Positions 10,003 to 19,100 of a DNA stretch of 64,000 nucleotides are shown here, in pieces. Origin of the DNA: an uncultured Gammaproteobacteria bacterium (lineage in GTDB: Bacteria; Patescibacteriota; Patescibacteriia; UBA1558; S5-K13); the NCBI GenBank assembly GCA_964424195.1, contig CAYRHT010000001.1:70102-134101 (forward strand). Direction: 5' to 3'. Every line of letters starts with the position of its first letter. Position 1 is the stretch's first letter. The notes beneath the pieces are model-generated. The model saw only the letters and a program-made list of their open reading frames with translations. It was not told where the DNA came from and ran no database searches. The position numbers were made by a program, and so were the translations under genes.

Positions 10003-10154
10003 AATTTTTCATAATTTTTATTATTAAGTAGTCTCTAATTTATCATAAATAAAGCATTAAATCAATGGTTTGAAGATATTATTTATTAATACAGAACTTT
10101 AAAACTATTATAATGAAGGGAAAAATAATAAATATCAGACGTTTAGCTTAAATT

Positions 10155-10384
10155 GCGCAATTTGACACTTTTTTATATAAAAAATATAGACTATTATAAT
10201 ATTGCCTATTATAGAGAGTTTTACTAATTTTAATTACTGCGCAATTTGACATTTTATAAGAATACCTATATTATTTAGATAGGCATCTATTCGCGCAATT
10301 TGACACTTTTTTATATAAAAAATATAGACTATTATAATATTGCCTATTATAGAGAGTTTTACTAATTTTAATTACTGCGCAATT
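10155..10384 (+). repeat. Perfect 92-bp direct repeat (10155-10246 and 10293-10384); GCGCAATT occurs four times
   Basis: Copies compared directly; GCGCAATT at 10155, 10239, 10293 and 10377; palindrome AAATTGCGCAATTT at 10150-10163. Confidence 0.95.
10246..10274 (+). promoter_or_regulatory. Sigma70 promoter between the repeat copies, upstream of the RelA/SpoT-domain gene
   Basis: TTGACA-17-TATTAT. Confidence 0.55.
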
Positions 10385-10404
10385 GAGTAATAAATTTAAA
10401 AAAT

Positions 10405-11469
10405 ATGAAAACAATAAATCCAAAAGAATTTTCAAAATCTAAGACAAACCTAGCTGGAGATCTTTTACGTAATAGTAAAACTTCAGAAGAAGAAAAATAT
10501 AAAGCTTTAACAGTTTTAAGTAATTGGCGAGCCTCTCATAGCTATCCAATGCATGTCTTTAAAAAAAGATTAAAACGAGTTTCCGAAAAGATAGATAAAA
10601 ATTCATTATCCGCTCAAAGATTAAAACGAGTCCCCTCAATCATTAAAAAGTTGAATAGGAGATATAAAAACAATAAAGCAACAATGAAGCTTACTCAAAT
10701 GCAGGATATAGCTGGTTGTAGAGTTATAATGTCTAATATCAAATTAGCACGTGAACTTTATGAAGAGTCTTATATTAAAGGAGATTTAAAACATAAAAAA
10801 GTAAATGAGAAAGATTATATTTCTAAGCCTAAAAATGACGGTTACAGAAGTATTCACTTAGTTTATAGGTATTTAAGTGATAAAGGAAAAAAAGAATATA
10901 ATGGATTATTAGTTGAAATACAAATTAGATCAAAATTACAACACATTTGGGCTACGGCAGTTGAAACGGTTGGTTTTTTTACAGGACAAGCAATAAAATC
11001 AAATGAAGGGGAAAAGGAATGGAATGATTTTTTTAAATTAGTAAGTTCAGCTTTTGCTAAAATGGAGAAATGTCCAATTATATTAGGAACGCCTGATGAT
11101 GAAAAAGAATTATATTCTCTTATAAAAGAAAAAGAAAGAGAATTAAATGTAATTACTAAAATGGAGAGTTGGACTGAATCCATGAAGTTTATTGATAATC
11201 TAAAAAATAAAAAAAATCATCATTTCTTTTTACTTGAATTAGATACTATTCAAGAAAAATTGACCATTTCTACATATTCAAAAAGGCAAGAAGAAAAAGC
11301 AATAAATGCTTATGCTAAAGCAGAAAAAAAAATTTACGGAAGAAAAGAGTATGATGTTGTTTTAGTTGGTGCAGATACTACATCAGACTTAAAAAAAGCA
11401 TATCCTAATTATTTTATGGATACTAAAGAATTTATTAATTATCTCAATAAGATTTTAAATAAATATTAA
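10405..11469 (+). CDS. RelA/SpoT-domain small alarmone synthetase, CapRel-like fused toxin-antitoxin
   Basis: AQRLKR, MQDIAGCR, DYISKPKNDGYRSIH, EIQIRSKLQHIWATAVE; C-terminal DVVLV...AYPNYF (YXXY). Confidence 0.85.
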   Translation: MKTINPKEFSKSKTNLAGDLLRNSKTSEEEKYKALTVLSNWRASHSYPMHVFKKRLKRVSEKIDKNSLSAQRLKRVPSIIKKLNRRYKNNKATMKLTQMQDIAGCRVIMSNIKLARELYEESYIKGDLKHKKVNEKDYISKPKNDGYRSIHLVYRYLSDKGKKEYNGLLVEIQIRSKLQHIWATAVETVGFFTGQAIKSNEGEKEWNDFFKLVSSAFAKMEKCPIILGTPDDEKELYSLIKEKERELNVITKMESWTESMKFIDNLKNKKNHHFFLLELDTIQEKLTISTYSKRQEEKAINAYAKAEKKIYGRKEYDVVLVGADTTSDLKKAYPNYFMDTKEFINYLNKILNKY

Positions 11470-11470
11470 C

Positions 11471-11508
11471 CAAAAAAACGCTTTGAATAAAGCGTTCTGA
11501 GATGGAGC
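11471..11508. repeat. Degenerate copy of the tRNA-Gly 3' end plus terminator (att-like)
   Basis: CAAAAAAACGCTTTGAATAAAGCGTTCTGagaTGGAGC versus CAAAAAAACGCCTTGAATAAAGCGTTCTGgagTGGAGC at ~13787-13824. Confidence 0.8.
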
Positions 11509-11572
11509 TCCTTAGTAGAGGACGTTAGAACTATTGTGATTGAAGAGAGGGTTGGTTTTGAGTTTTAGATGT

Positions 11573-13708
11573 CTATTTTTTAGGTAGTTCAATTTCCATT
11601 TCAACAATTTTCCATAAATCATTTTCTTTCTTAAAAAAAAGATTGTTTTTCCCTGCTTGATCTATTGTTACGTCTTCACCATCTAAAAAAACTTGAATTT
11701 CACCAACATAGCGAAAATTTGTATCTAGATAATCATAACCTTTTTCAGCTCCTATTAAAAATAATTCTATATCTCTGCCATCTAAATACTCTTCTAATTC
11801 TTCTCTAACTTTTTCAGGATTTTCTTTTAAGGATGCTTGATTTTTCCAAAATTCTTCTCCAACTGATTGATAGAATAATTCTATGTCTCTGTTATTTAGA
11901 GCATCGCTAATAGCTCGAGTAGCCTCTTCTAGCGTTTGATAAGAATTATTTGGGTAATTTGAATTTAATTTACCAGAACCAAGTGGATTGTAACCATTCT
12001 CTACTTCTTCCCCGTCTATATAACCATCACCATCTGAATCAGGATTATTAATATCTGTCCCATAGACAGCTTCATCAGTATCAGATAAGCCATCATTATC
12101 AGTATCTATTGTTACTGCTTCATTTTCAATTTTACTTAAATTTTCATTAGTAATGCCTAGAGATAAACTAGTGAATAAATCCATTAAATTATCCCAGGTC
12201 ACTTCATGTCGTTTACCATTCATATTTACATACCAGATTCGACCATGATCTTCAACTTGTAAAAATAGTTTTCCTAGGTGTTCTTTGCCAAAGTTGTTTA
12301 TTATATTATCGGTTGATAAAGATATTTTATTCAGATTTTCATTGGTAATACCAACAGCTAATCTTTCGAAAAGATTTAGAGCATTAGCAAAAGTAACTTC
12401 ATATTTCTTAGTATCACTAGGATTAACATACCAAACCCGACCATGATCTTCTACGGCTAACAATAATTTACCTTTTAGATCATTAGATAAAATAGTATCT
12501 ATTTCTCCAATTTCGGGTGTAGGTTCAATTTCTATTATTGGTAAATTTATTAGACTATTTATTGTAGATCCAAAATTTTCATCAATTGAGCCATCTGGGT
12601 TAAATTTTATAATAGGGCTTACTATTGGATAAATACTTTTATCATGAACAATACCTCCTCTTAAGACGGCTATTATTTTATCATTTGAGTGCATTTTTAG
12701 ATTATGAATTGCACCATATACATCAATTAGTTTTTCAGCATTAAAACTCTCATCGAGAGAACCATCAACATTTAATCTCACAATGCCAGCTTGTGGAATA
12801 TCATTATGTAAATCAAAAAACCCACCTATTAGTATTTTTCCATCTGATTGAATAGTTATTGTTTCAATCCATTTATTAGTTAGACTCACATTAAAACTTT
12901 CATCAAGAGAACCATCTGAGTTTAGTCTTATAATTTTACCATCACCCATTGAGCCAGTTCCACCAAGTATTATTTTTCCATCTGATTGAACATGTGGAAG
13001 ATAACTGAAATCTTCTGTTTCTTCATAATTAAAACTTTCATCAAGAGAACCATCTGAGTTTATTCTTATAATATAATTTTTAAAAGAATCTCTATCTATC
13101 CAGCTTACTATTATTTTTCCATCTAATTGAAAATATGGGAAACACGCCATACCATTATTTATTGTGGAGTTAAAATTTGTATCAAAGGAGCCATCTGAGT
13201 TTAATCTTGCAATACAATTTTCATCATTTGGACCAACAAAGAATCCGCCCACGATTATTTTTTCATCTGACTGAATATTTAATTTTGTTATAGCACCAGA
13301 AAATCCTTCTCTAGAATTAAAACTTGTGTCAATTGAACCATTTGAATTGAGTCTCACAATCTTACCATGCATATTTTCAATAGTATTATCTGGGCTATCA
13401 TCGACTGATAATAAAATTTTCCCACCTGGTAAAACTATTAGATCATTTACGGAATTAATATCTATACTTGGATTAAATTCTTTATCAAGTGATCCGTCTG
13501 AATTTAATCTCAAAATACCTTTTCGTGCTATATCATTGTATGAAGTAAAAGAACCTCCAACTATTATTTTTCCGTCTGATTGAATGTCCATGGCTTCAAC
13601 ATAATTATCTGCTCCAATTATATCTGTTTCAGCGAAAGATTTATTTATAAAACAAAAAGAAATGAAGATAAGTAATGTAAAAAGTAAAAATACTTTTATT
13701 TTTTTCAT
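11573..13708 (-). CDS. Secreted surface protein: delta-60-type beta-propeller repeats, duplicated VEDHGR.WYVN module, TSP3-like Ca-binding repeats
   Basis: Signal peptide; repeated Q.DGKI.VGG...RLNSDGSLD.SFN units; two VEDHGRxWYVN units; DTDNDGLSD/DSDGDGYIDGEE. Confidence 0.85.
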   Translation of the reverse strand: MKKIKVFLLFTLLIFISFCFINKSFAETDIIGADNYVEAMDIQSDGKIIVGGSFTSYNDIARKGILRLNSDGSLDKEFNPSIDINSVNDLIVLPGGKILLSVDDSPDNTIENMHGKIVRLNSNGSIDTSFNSREGFSGAITKLNIQSDEKIIVGGFFVGPNDENCIARLNSDGSFDTNFNSTINNGMACFPYFQLDGKIIVSWIDRDSFKNYIIRINSDGSLDESFNYEETEDFSYLPHVQSDGKIILGGTGSMGDGKIIRLNSDGSLDESFNVSLTNKWIETITIQSDGKILIGGFFDLHNDIPQAGIVRLNVDGSLDESFNAEKLIDVYGAIHNLKMHSNDKIIAVLRGGIVHDKSIYPIVSPIIKFNPDGSIDENFGSTINSLINLPIIEIEPTPEIGEIDTILSNDLKGKLLLAVEDHGRVWYVNPSDTKKYEVTFANALNLFERLAVGITNENLNKISLSTDNIINNFGKEHLGKLFLQVEDHGRIWYVNMNGKRHEVTWDNLMDLFTSLSLGITNENLSKIENEAVTIDTDNDGLSDTDEAVYGTDINNPDSDGDGYIDGEEVENGYNPLGSGKLNSNYPNNSYQTLEEATRAISDALNNRDIELFYQSVGEEFWKNQASLKENPEKVREELEEYLDGRDIELFLIGAEKGYDYLDTNFRYVGEIQVFLDGEDVTIDQAGKNNLFFKKENDLWKIVEMEIELPKK

Positions 13709-13786
13709 ATTTTATAATTATTTTTTATAGTTTAATTATAACACCTCATTAAAATTTAGAATAGTTCGATTCCATTTACGGGTAAA

Positions 13787-13813
13787 CAAAAAAACGCCTT
13801 GAATAAAGCGTTC
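13787..13813 (-). terminator. Intrinsic terminator after tRNA-Gly
   Basis: Minus strand AACGCTTT-attc-AAGGCGTT followed by a T tract. Confidence 0.7.
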
Positions 13814-13818
13814 TGGAG

Positions 13819-13894
13819 TGGAGCGGGTAGGGGGAATCGAACCCCCGTATTCAGCTTGGAAGGCTGACGTAATAAGCCACTATACTATACCCGC
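13819..13894 (-). tRNA. tRNA-Gly(TCC)
   Basis: GCGGGTA...TCAGC-CT-TCC-AA-GCTGA...GGTTCGATTCC...TACCCGC-T-CCA, 76 nt cloverleaf. Confidence 0.96.
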
Positions 13895-13929
13895 ATCAAT
13901 ATTCATTTAATCATATTTTAAAGGTCGAG

Positions 13930-14418
13930 TCAATATTTCTTACTATACAATGTAGTCAAAGCAATTGCTAAAGCATCACTAGCATCATCTCTCTTAGGTG
14001 CTTTTTTTAAATTAAGAGTTAGCATTACCATTTCTTCAACTTGTTTTTTACTAGCTCTACCATAGGAAGTAATAGTTTGTTTAATTTGGAGAGGAGTAAA
14101 TTCTCGAATAGGAATATTGTTTTGACCCAAGGTCATGATAATAACTCCGCGAGCATGACCAACACTCATAGCTGTTTTAACATTCTTACAAAAGAAGAGT
14201 TGTTCTACTCCACAGATATTTGGTTTGTACTTTTTAATTAATTGAGTTAATTCTTCATTGATAATACCTAACCTTTTATTAAATTCAGTTTTAGCAGCTG
14301 TTTCAATACAACCACAGGCTATGAATTGAGGTTCTTTTTCTAGAGTAATAAAACCATATCCTAGGGTAGCTAAACCAGGATCTATTCCCATGATAATTTT
14401 CTTTTTAGAACTCGGCAT
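13930..14418 (-). CDS. ruvC: Holliday junction resolvase RuvC (likely start ATG at 14418; ORF track starts at 14451)
   Basis: IMGIDPG, VEQLFF, HARGV, GRASKKQV, DDASDALAIA; follows yebC. Confidence 0.96.
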   Translation of the reverse strand: MPSSKKKIIMGIDPGLATLGYGFITLEKEPQFIACGCIETAAKTEFNKRLGIINEELTQLIKKYKPNICGVEQLFFCKNVKTAMSVGHARGVIIMTLGQNNIPIREFTPLQIKQTITSYGRASKKQVEEMVMLTLNLKKAPKRDDASDALAIALTTLYSKKY

Positions 14419-15103
14419 TAGAGTAGAAGTTATGTATATCATCATTTTCATCTAAAGCTTCAAACAATCTTTCAACTTTAGCTGGATTTTCAGGTTTGAC
14501 TTTGTTTTTAGCTAAATATTCTAATTCAGCATTTTCTATTTCAAAATCTTTATTTAATTTTTCTTGAACTTTCTGTAAATCTTCCATAGCAGTTATAACT
14601 CTAATACTATCTTCCTGTTTTTGAATATCCTCAGCACCAGCATCAATAATTTCTAATTCTTGTTCGTCTGTTAAATTTTCAGACTTTAAATAGATAACCC
14701 CTTTGTGATCAAATTGCCAGATTACAGAACCACCTAAAGAACCACCATGTTTAGTTAAGAGATGTCTAACTTCTGAAGCTGATCTATTCTTATTATCAGT
14801 AACCACTTCAATAATTACAGCTGTTCCTTCTGGTCCATAGCCTTCATAGGTGATTTCTTCTAAAGCTTGTCCTTCACCAGTACCTGAACCCTTGGCAACG
14901 GCTCTTTCAATATTGTCTTTAGGGAGAGAAAGACTCTTAGCTTTATCAATCGCCATTCTTAATTTAAAGTTCATATCAGGATCAGCACCCTCTCGAGCAG
15001 CAATTGTTATTACTTTAGTTAATTTAGTAAAAAGAGATGACCTTTTAGAGTCTTTAATAGCTTTTTTATGTTTAGTTGTGGCCCATTTGGAATGTCCAGA
15101 CAT
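14405..15103 (-). CDS. yebC: YebC/PmpR family protein
   Basis: MSGHSKW, YEGYGPEG, TDNKNRS. Confidence 0.97.
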   Translation of the reverse strand: MSGHSKWATTKHKKAIKDSKRSSLFTKLTKVITIAAREGADPDMNFKLRMAIDKAKSLSLPKDNIERAVAKGSGTGEGQALEEITYEGYGPEGTAVIIEVVTDNKNRSASEVRHLLTKHGGSLGGSVIWQFDHKGVIYLKSENLTDEQELEIIDAGAEDIQKQEDSIRVITAMEDLQKVQEKLNKDFEIENAELEYLAKNKVKPENPAKVERLFEALDENDDIHNFYSNAEF

Positions 15104-15207
15104 ATTTTTTTATTATATTTAATATATTATTAATATCTTAGCAGGAGAAGAGAAAATGAGCAATATATATGTTATAATTAGGTTAATAATTATTAAGGAT
15201 ATGTTTT

Positions 15208-16230
15208 ATGAATAAAAAAGATTTGAAAAAATTTGATAAGGGGCAAGTTTTGAAGACTTATCAAGACATGTCAAAACAATTTGAACAGATTTTTACTGAT
15301 TTTAAAAAAGTAAAATTACCAAATAGTTTTAAGGGAGTTGATAAGATACTAGTTTGTGGTATGGGTGGTTCTGCTTTGGGTCCAGATTTAGTACGAAGTG
15401 TTTTTCAAAAGAATCTATTGGTTCCAATTAGTATTGTTAATGATTACAATTTACCAAAATGGGTTGATCAAAAAACTTTAATAGTAATTTCTAGCTTTTC
15501 AGGGAATACTGAAGAAATAATTAGTTGTTATAAACAAGCTCAACAGAAAAAGCTAAAGATTTTTGTTATTGCTAGTGGTGGTGAATTAGAAAAAGTAAAT
15601 TCACCAAAGTTTATTTATAATGCTCAGTATAATTATGCTCAGAATCCACGTTTTGCAGTTGGTTATTCAATAGCTATCTTCATTTCTCTATTAAAAAGTT
15701 TAAAGTTGTTAGATTCTTGTGGAAAGAATATTAGAAAAGATATTAATTATTTTAATAAAGGACAAAAAGTTGCTGAAACTATTGCTAGCAAGATGAAAAA
15801 GAAGATTCCAGTATTAATAGCTTCCGAGCATCTCTTAGGCAATATGCATGTTTGGCAAAATCAAATTAATGAAACTGGTAAGAATTTTGCTAGTTATTTT
15901 GCTGTTCCAGAAATTTGTCATCATCAGTTTGAAGGTTTAAGTAATCCGATCAATTTAAACAAAAATATTATTTATATCCTAGTTAATTCTAGATTGTATC
16001 ATCCTCGTAATCAGAAGCGTTATCAAATCATGAAAGAAATTTTAAAGAAAAAGAAAATTAATTTTGTAGAAGTAAATTCATTGGGAGATAATGTTTGGAA
16101 GCAAAGTATGTATCTTCTAGGAATTTCTTCATATAGTGCTTTCTATCTAGCTTATTACAACAAAATAGATCCTCAACCAAATCCTTGGGTTGATTTTCTT
16201 AAAGAAAAGATGAAGATTAAAAAATATTGA
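15208..16230 (+). CDS. Bifunctional phosphoglucose/phosphomannose isomerase (SIS family)
   Basis: GMGGSALG, SSFSGNTEE, NPRFA, QINETGK, PEICHH. Confidence 0.9.
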   Translation: MNKKDLKKFDKGQVLKTYQDMSKQFEQIFTDFKKVKLPNSFKGVDKILVCGMGGSALGPDLVRSVFQKNLLVPISIVNDYNLPKWVDQKTLIVISSFSGNTEEIISCYKQAQQKKLKIFVIASGGELEKVNSPKFIYNAQYNYAQNPRFAVGYSIAIFISLLKSLKLLDSCGKNIRKDINYFNKGQKVAETIASKMKKKIPVLIASEHLLGNMHVWQNQINETGKNFASYFAVPEICHHQFEGLSNPINLNKNIIYILVNSRLYHPRNQKRYQIMKEILKKKKINFVEVNSLGDNVWKQSMYLLGISSYSAFYLAYYNKIDPQPNPWVDFLKEKMKIKKY

Positions 16231-16247
16231 ATTAGATTATTAAAATT

Positions 16248-16943
16248 ATGATATATATAGTAATCCCTACATACAATGAAAGAAATAATGTTGTAGCTTT
16301 GATTAGAAAGATATTAAGTCTTCATATTGAAGATTTGAATATTCTAATTGTTGATGATAATTCTCCAGATGGTACTGCGGAAGCAGTGGAAGAAATGAAA
16401 ATAGATTTAGTAGAAGTAATGAAAAGACCAAAGAAACTAGGACTAGGTAGTGCTTATGTTGCTGGTTTTAAACATGCTTTATCTAAGGGAGCTAATTTAA
16501 TTTTAGAAATGGATGCAGACTTTTCTCATCAACCATACAAAATTCCAGAACTTATAGATTGTGTTAAAAGTGGGAATGATATGTGTTTAGGGTCTCGGAG
16601 AATTAAGGGCGGAGGTATTATTGGTTGGAATTTAATTAGGAAAATAATGTCTGCTTCAGCTATGGAATTTTCTCGTTGGCTTTTAAAGCTAAAAACTAAA
16701 GATGTTACTGGCGGTTTTAGATGTTTTCATAAAAGAGTTTTTGAGAAAATTAATTTAGATGATATTAGAAGTAATGGCTATGCTTTTCAAGAAGAAATGG
16801 TTTACTTGTTAGAAAAAAATAATTTTAAAATTAAAGAAATACCAATCACTTTTGTAGATCGACAAAGAGGTAAATCTAAGTTAGGTTTAAAAGAAGTAAT
16901 TGCATTTTTTGTAAGTATTTTAAAATTAAAGTTTAAAATATAA
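16248..16943 (+). CDS. Polyprenol monophosphomannose synthase (GT2, DPM1-like)
   Basis: VIPTYNE, VDDNSPDGT, GLGSAY, EMDADFSH, DVTGGFR, GKSKL. Confidence 0.93.
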   Translation: MIYIVIPTYNERNNVVALIRKILSLHIEDLNILIVDDNSPDGTAEAVEEMKIDLVEVMKRPKKLGLGSAYVAGFKHALSKGANLILEMDADFSHQPYKIPELIDCVKSGNDMCLGSRRIKGGGIIGWNLIRKIMSASAMEFSRWLLKLKTKDVTGGFRCFHKRVFEKINLDDIRSNGYAFQEEMVYLLEKNNFKIKEIPITFVDRQRGKSKLGLKEVIAFFVSILKLKFKI

Positions 16944-16982
16944 TTAAATAGTATTTATTCCTTAGTCAATACTTTAAAAGCA

Positions 16983-17011
16983 TTGACTTTTTTTGTTAAT
17001 TATGATATGGT
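16983..17011 (+). promoter_or_regulatory. Sigma70 promoter for the orphan at 17058
   Basis: TTGACT-17-TATGGT with TG extension; SD AGGAGG upstream of the ATG. Confidence 0.5.
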
Positions 17012-17057
17012 TTAATATTAAAATTAAGTAAGAAAATAATACCAATAGGAGGATATT

Positions 17058-17606
17058 ATGAAAAAAATAGTGGTTTTGATGGTAGTAATAGTGGTTTTGA
17101 TGGGATGTACGGTTACAAAAGTAGTTATTATTCGTGATGGTAAAAAGATTGATTATCATGAAGACAGAAGTGTCCCTCACAATGTTGGTTTCAGTTTTGA
17201 TTATTCTGGTTTTCGAGCTCGGCTTACTAGCGATAACGTTATAGTAGCTGATTCTTGGGGATTGCCAGTAAGACTGGATAGAAGAATCTCTTCTGGATAC
17301 AAGGTTGTTCTAGATAGTCTATATCAAGGTCATTATAGTATTGATGTAGAGTTTTTACCTATCGAACAATATGAAGAGTTATTGAGTTCGGAAAAAGAGA
17401 AATTAAAGGGAAAAATTGATTTTGAAGTAGGACCAGAAGGAGATATTATTTCATTCTACGGTCAAAAAGTACAAAAAGTACTTAAGATTGAAGATGCAAT
17501 ACTTCTTAAGAGTGTTAAACCTAATCGAATAATATCTTTAGAAGAGTTGAGTAATGATCATGAAATCTGGATGAGAAGAATGCGTAAAAAAGCAGGTTTT
17601 CCTTAA
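17058..17606 (+). CDS. Hypothetical lipoprotein
   Basis: MKK, hydrophobic stretch, LMGC lipobox; AGGAGG SD. Confidence 0.75.
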   Translation: MKKIVVLMVVIVVLMGCTVTKVVIIRDGKKIDYHEDRSVPHNVGFSFDYSGFRARLTSDNVIVADSWGLPVRLDRRISSGYKVVLDSLYQGHYSIDVEFLPIEQYEELLSSEKEKLKGKIDFEVGPEGDIISFYGQKVQKVLKIEDAILLKSVKPNRIISLEELSNDHEIWMRRMRKKAGFP

Positions 17607-17620
17607 TTTTCATTAAAACA

Positions 17621-17657
17621 AAAAAGCTCTGGTGTGTTAAACATGTCAGAGCTTTTT
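17621..17657. terminator. Bidirectional intrinsic terminator
   Basis: AAAAAGCTCTGGTGTGTT-AAACATGTCAGAGCTTTTT. Confidence 0.8.
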
Positions 17658-17689
17658 AAATTAAATAATTTAATTAAGATATTTGTCTT

Positions 17690-18136
17690 CTATATCGTAG
17701 GTTCCCATAAATTTCCATCGACTATTGGTTCACCTTGAATAAGTAACATAAGAGTATTACTAATAATCCAGGCTCCTAAGACGATGGCTAATCCAATAAT
17801 TGCACCAATTAATCTTTTTTTGGCCTTGGAAATTAATTCTTCATTACCACCAGAAGTCATCCATTGAAAGCCAGAAATAATAATCATGACTAGAAATAAT
17901 AAACCGACTAGAGTTAGAGCAATATTAATGATACCAATAATTCGATTAGGTAACGACTGTCCGTTATATAGGCCTGCTTGTTCAGCAAAATCTATTTGTT
18001 TTAAAGCTGCTTGTTCAGCAGCGGTCCATTCAATATCTTCACCTTCTTGAGCTAATAAATTATATCTCGGAACAACCAAAAAACTTAGAATTACGAAGGA
18101 TAAAATTAAAATTTGAAAGTTCTTTTTAGTTTTCAT
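17690..18136 (-). CDS. TrbC/VirB2-type pilin (array member 8)
   Basis: Signal peptide; TM-GFQWMTSGGNEE-AKK-TM core. Confidence 0.85.
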   Translation of the reverse strand: MKTKKNFQILILSFVILSFLVVPRYNLLAQEGEDIEWTAAEQAALKQIDFAEQAGLYNGQSLPNRIIGIINIALTLVGLLFLVMIIISGFQWMTSGGNEELISKAKKRLIGAIIGLAIVLGAWIISNTLMLLIQGEPIVDGNLWEPTI

Positions 18137-18153
18137 TTAATTTATTTATTTAA

Positions 18154-18636
18154 TTAAACTACCATCAATATATAGGTAACAAAACTAGCTAGTGAGTAAG
18201 ACAAAATTACAATTGCTAAACCAATGATAGCATTAGTTATATTCTTTTTAGCTTTACCAATAGTTTCTTCATTACCACCAGCAGTCATCCATTGAAAGCC
18301 AGAAATAATAATCATGATTAAGAACAAAATTCCTAGAAGACTAAGAATGGTTTTAACTATTCTAGCAATAATATCAATAATACCAGATTCTTCAGTTACA
18401 GGAGCATAACCAGCATACATAGTAGCAGTTGCATCAAGTTTTGCTTCAATAAGTTCTTTTGTTGATACTCCTTCTGGCGTTGTGTCTGGAACTGGAAGTG
18501 GTTCTATGCACTCTCCACCGATACATACTCCGCTACTGCTACAATCATTGTTAGATTCACATGCTTGAGCATTAGTAATACCAATGGCGGATAGACTGAG
18601 AAGTATAATTAAAGATATGAAGATTATTTTTTTCAT
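18154..18636 (-). CDS. TrbC/VirB2-type pilin with small Cys-rich N-terminal module (member 7)
   Basis: CESNNDCSSSGVCIGGEC; GFQWMTAGGNEE core. Confidence 0.85.
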   Translation of the reverse strand: MKKIIFISLIILLSLSAIGITNAQACESNNDCSSSGVCIGGECIEPLPVPDTTPEGVSTKELIEAKLDATATMYAGYAPVTEESGIIDIIARIVKTILSLLGILFLIMIIISGFQWMTAGGNEETIGKAKKNITNAIIGLAIVILSYSLASFVTYILMVV

Positions 18637-18651
18637 TTTATAATGATTTAT

Positions 18652-19086
18652 TTATAAAGTTTGTCCTATTAAAATATCAACTACAAAGTAAGAAATAGCA
18701 TAGGCGGCAAGTACAATTACTAAACCAATAGTAGCATTTTTAATCCTATTTTTAGCTTTAGTAATGCTTTCTTCATTTCCTCCAGCAGTCATCCATTGAT
18801 AACCACCTATAATGATTAAAATTAAGAAGAATATACCAATTAAAGAAAGAGCAGTTTGAATAATACTACCAATAACAATTTCAACACTAGAGTTAGTATC
18901 ATAGCCAATACCACTGGCAGCATAATTAATTAACATTTCAGAATGTTTTAAATTAGGTAGAATTTCACTACTAGCTGGTTGAGAATTCTCAGTAGGTGTC
19001 ATTTGAGCTAAAACAGGACTGAATATTAAACTTAGTAAGAAAATTAACAGAAAAGAGAATACAATTCTTTTATTTTTTTTAAACAT
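18652..19086 (-). CDS. TrbC/VirB2-type pilin (member 6)
   Basis: GGYQWMTAGGNEE core between two TM helices. Confidence 0.85.
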   Translation of the reverse strand: MFKKNKRIVFSFLLIFLLSLIFSPVLAQMTPTENSQPASSEILPNLKHSEMLINYAASGIGYDTNSSVEIVIGSIIQTALSLIGIFFLILIIIGGYQWMTAGGNEESITKAKNRIKNATIGLVIVLAAYAISYFVVDILIGQTL

Positions 19087-19100
19087 ATTAATTTATTTTA

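Noticed and set aside
10155-10384. CRISPR array
   Set aside because: The recurring unit is only 8-13 bp, two of the three intervening segments are identical, and no cas genes are present.
13760-13786. GTTCGATTCC T-loop-like sequence near tRNA-Gly
   Set aside because: No surrounding cloverleaf or T-stem pairing.
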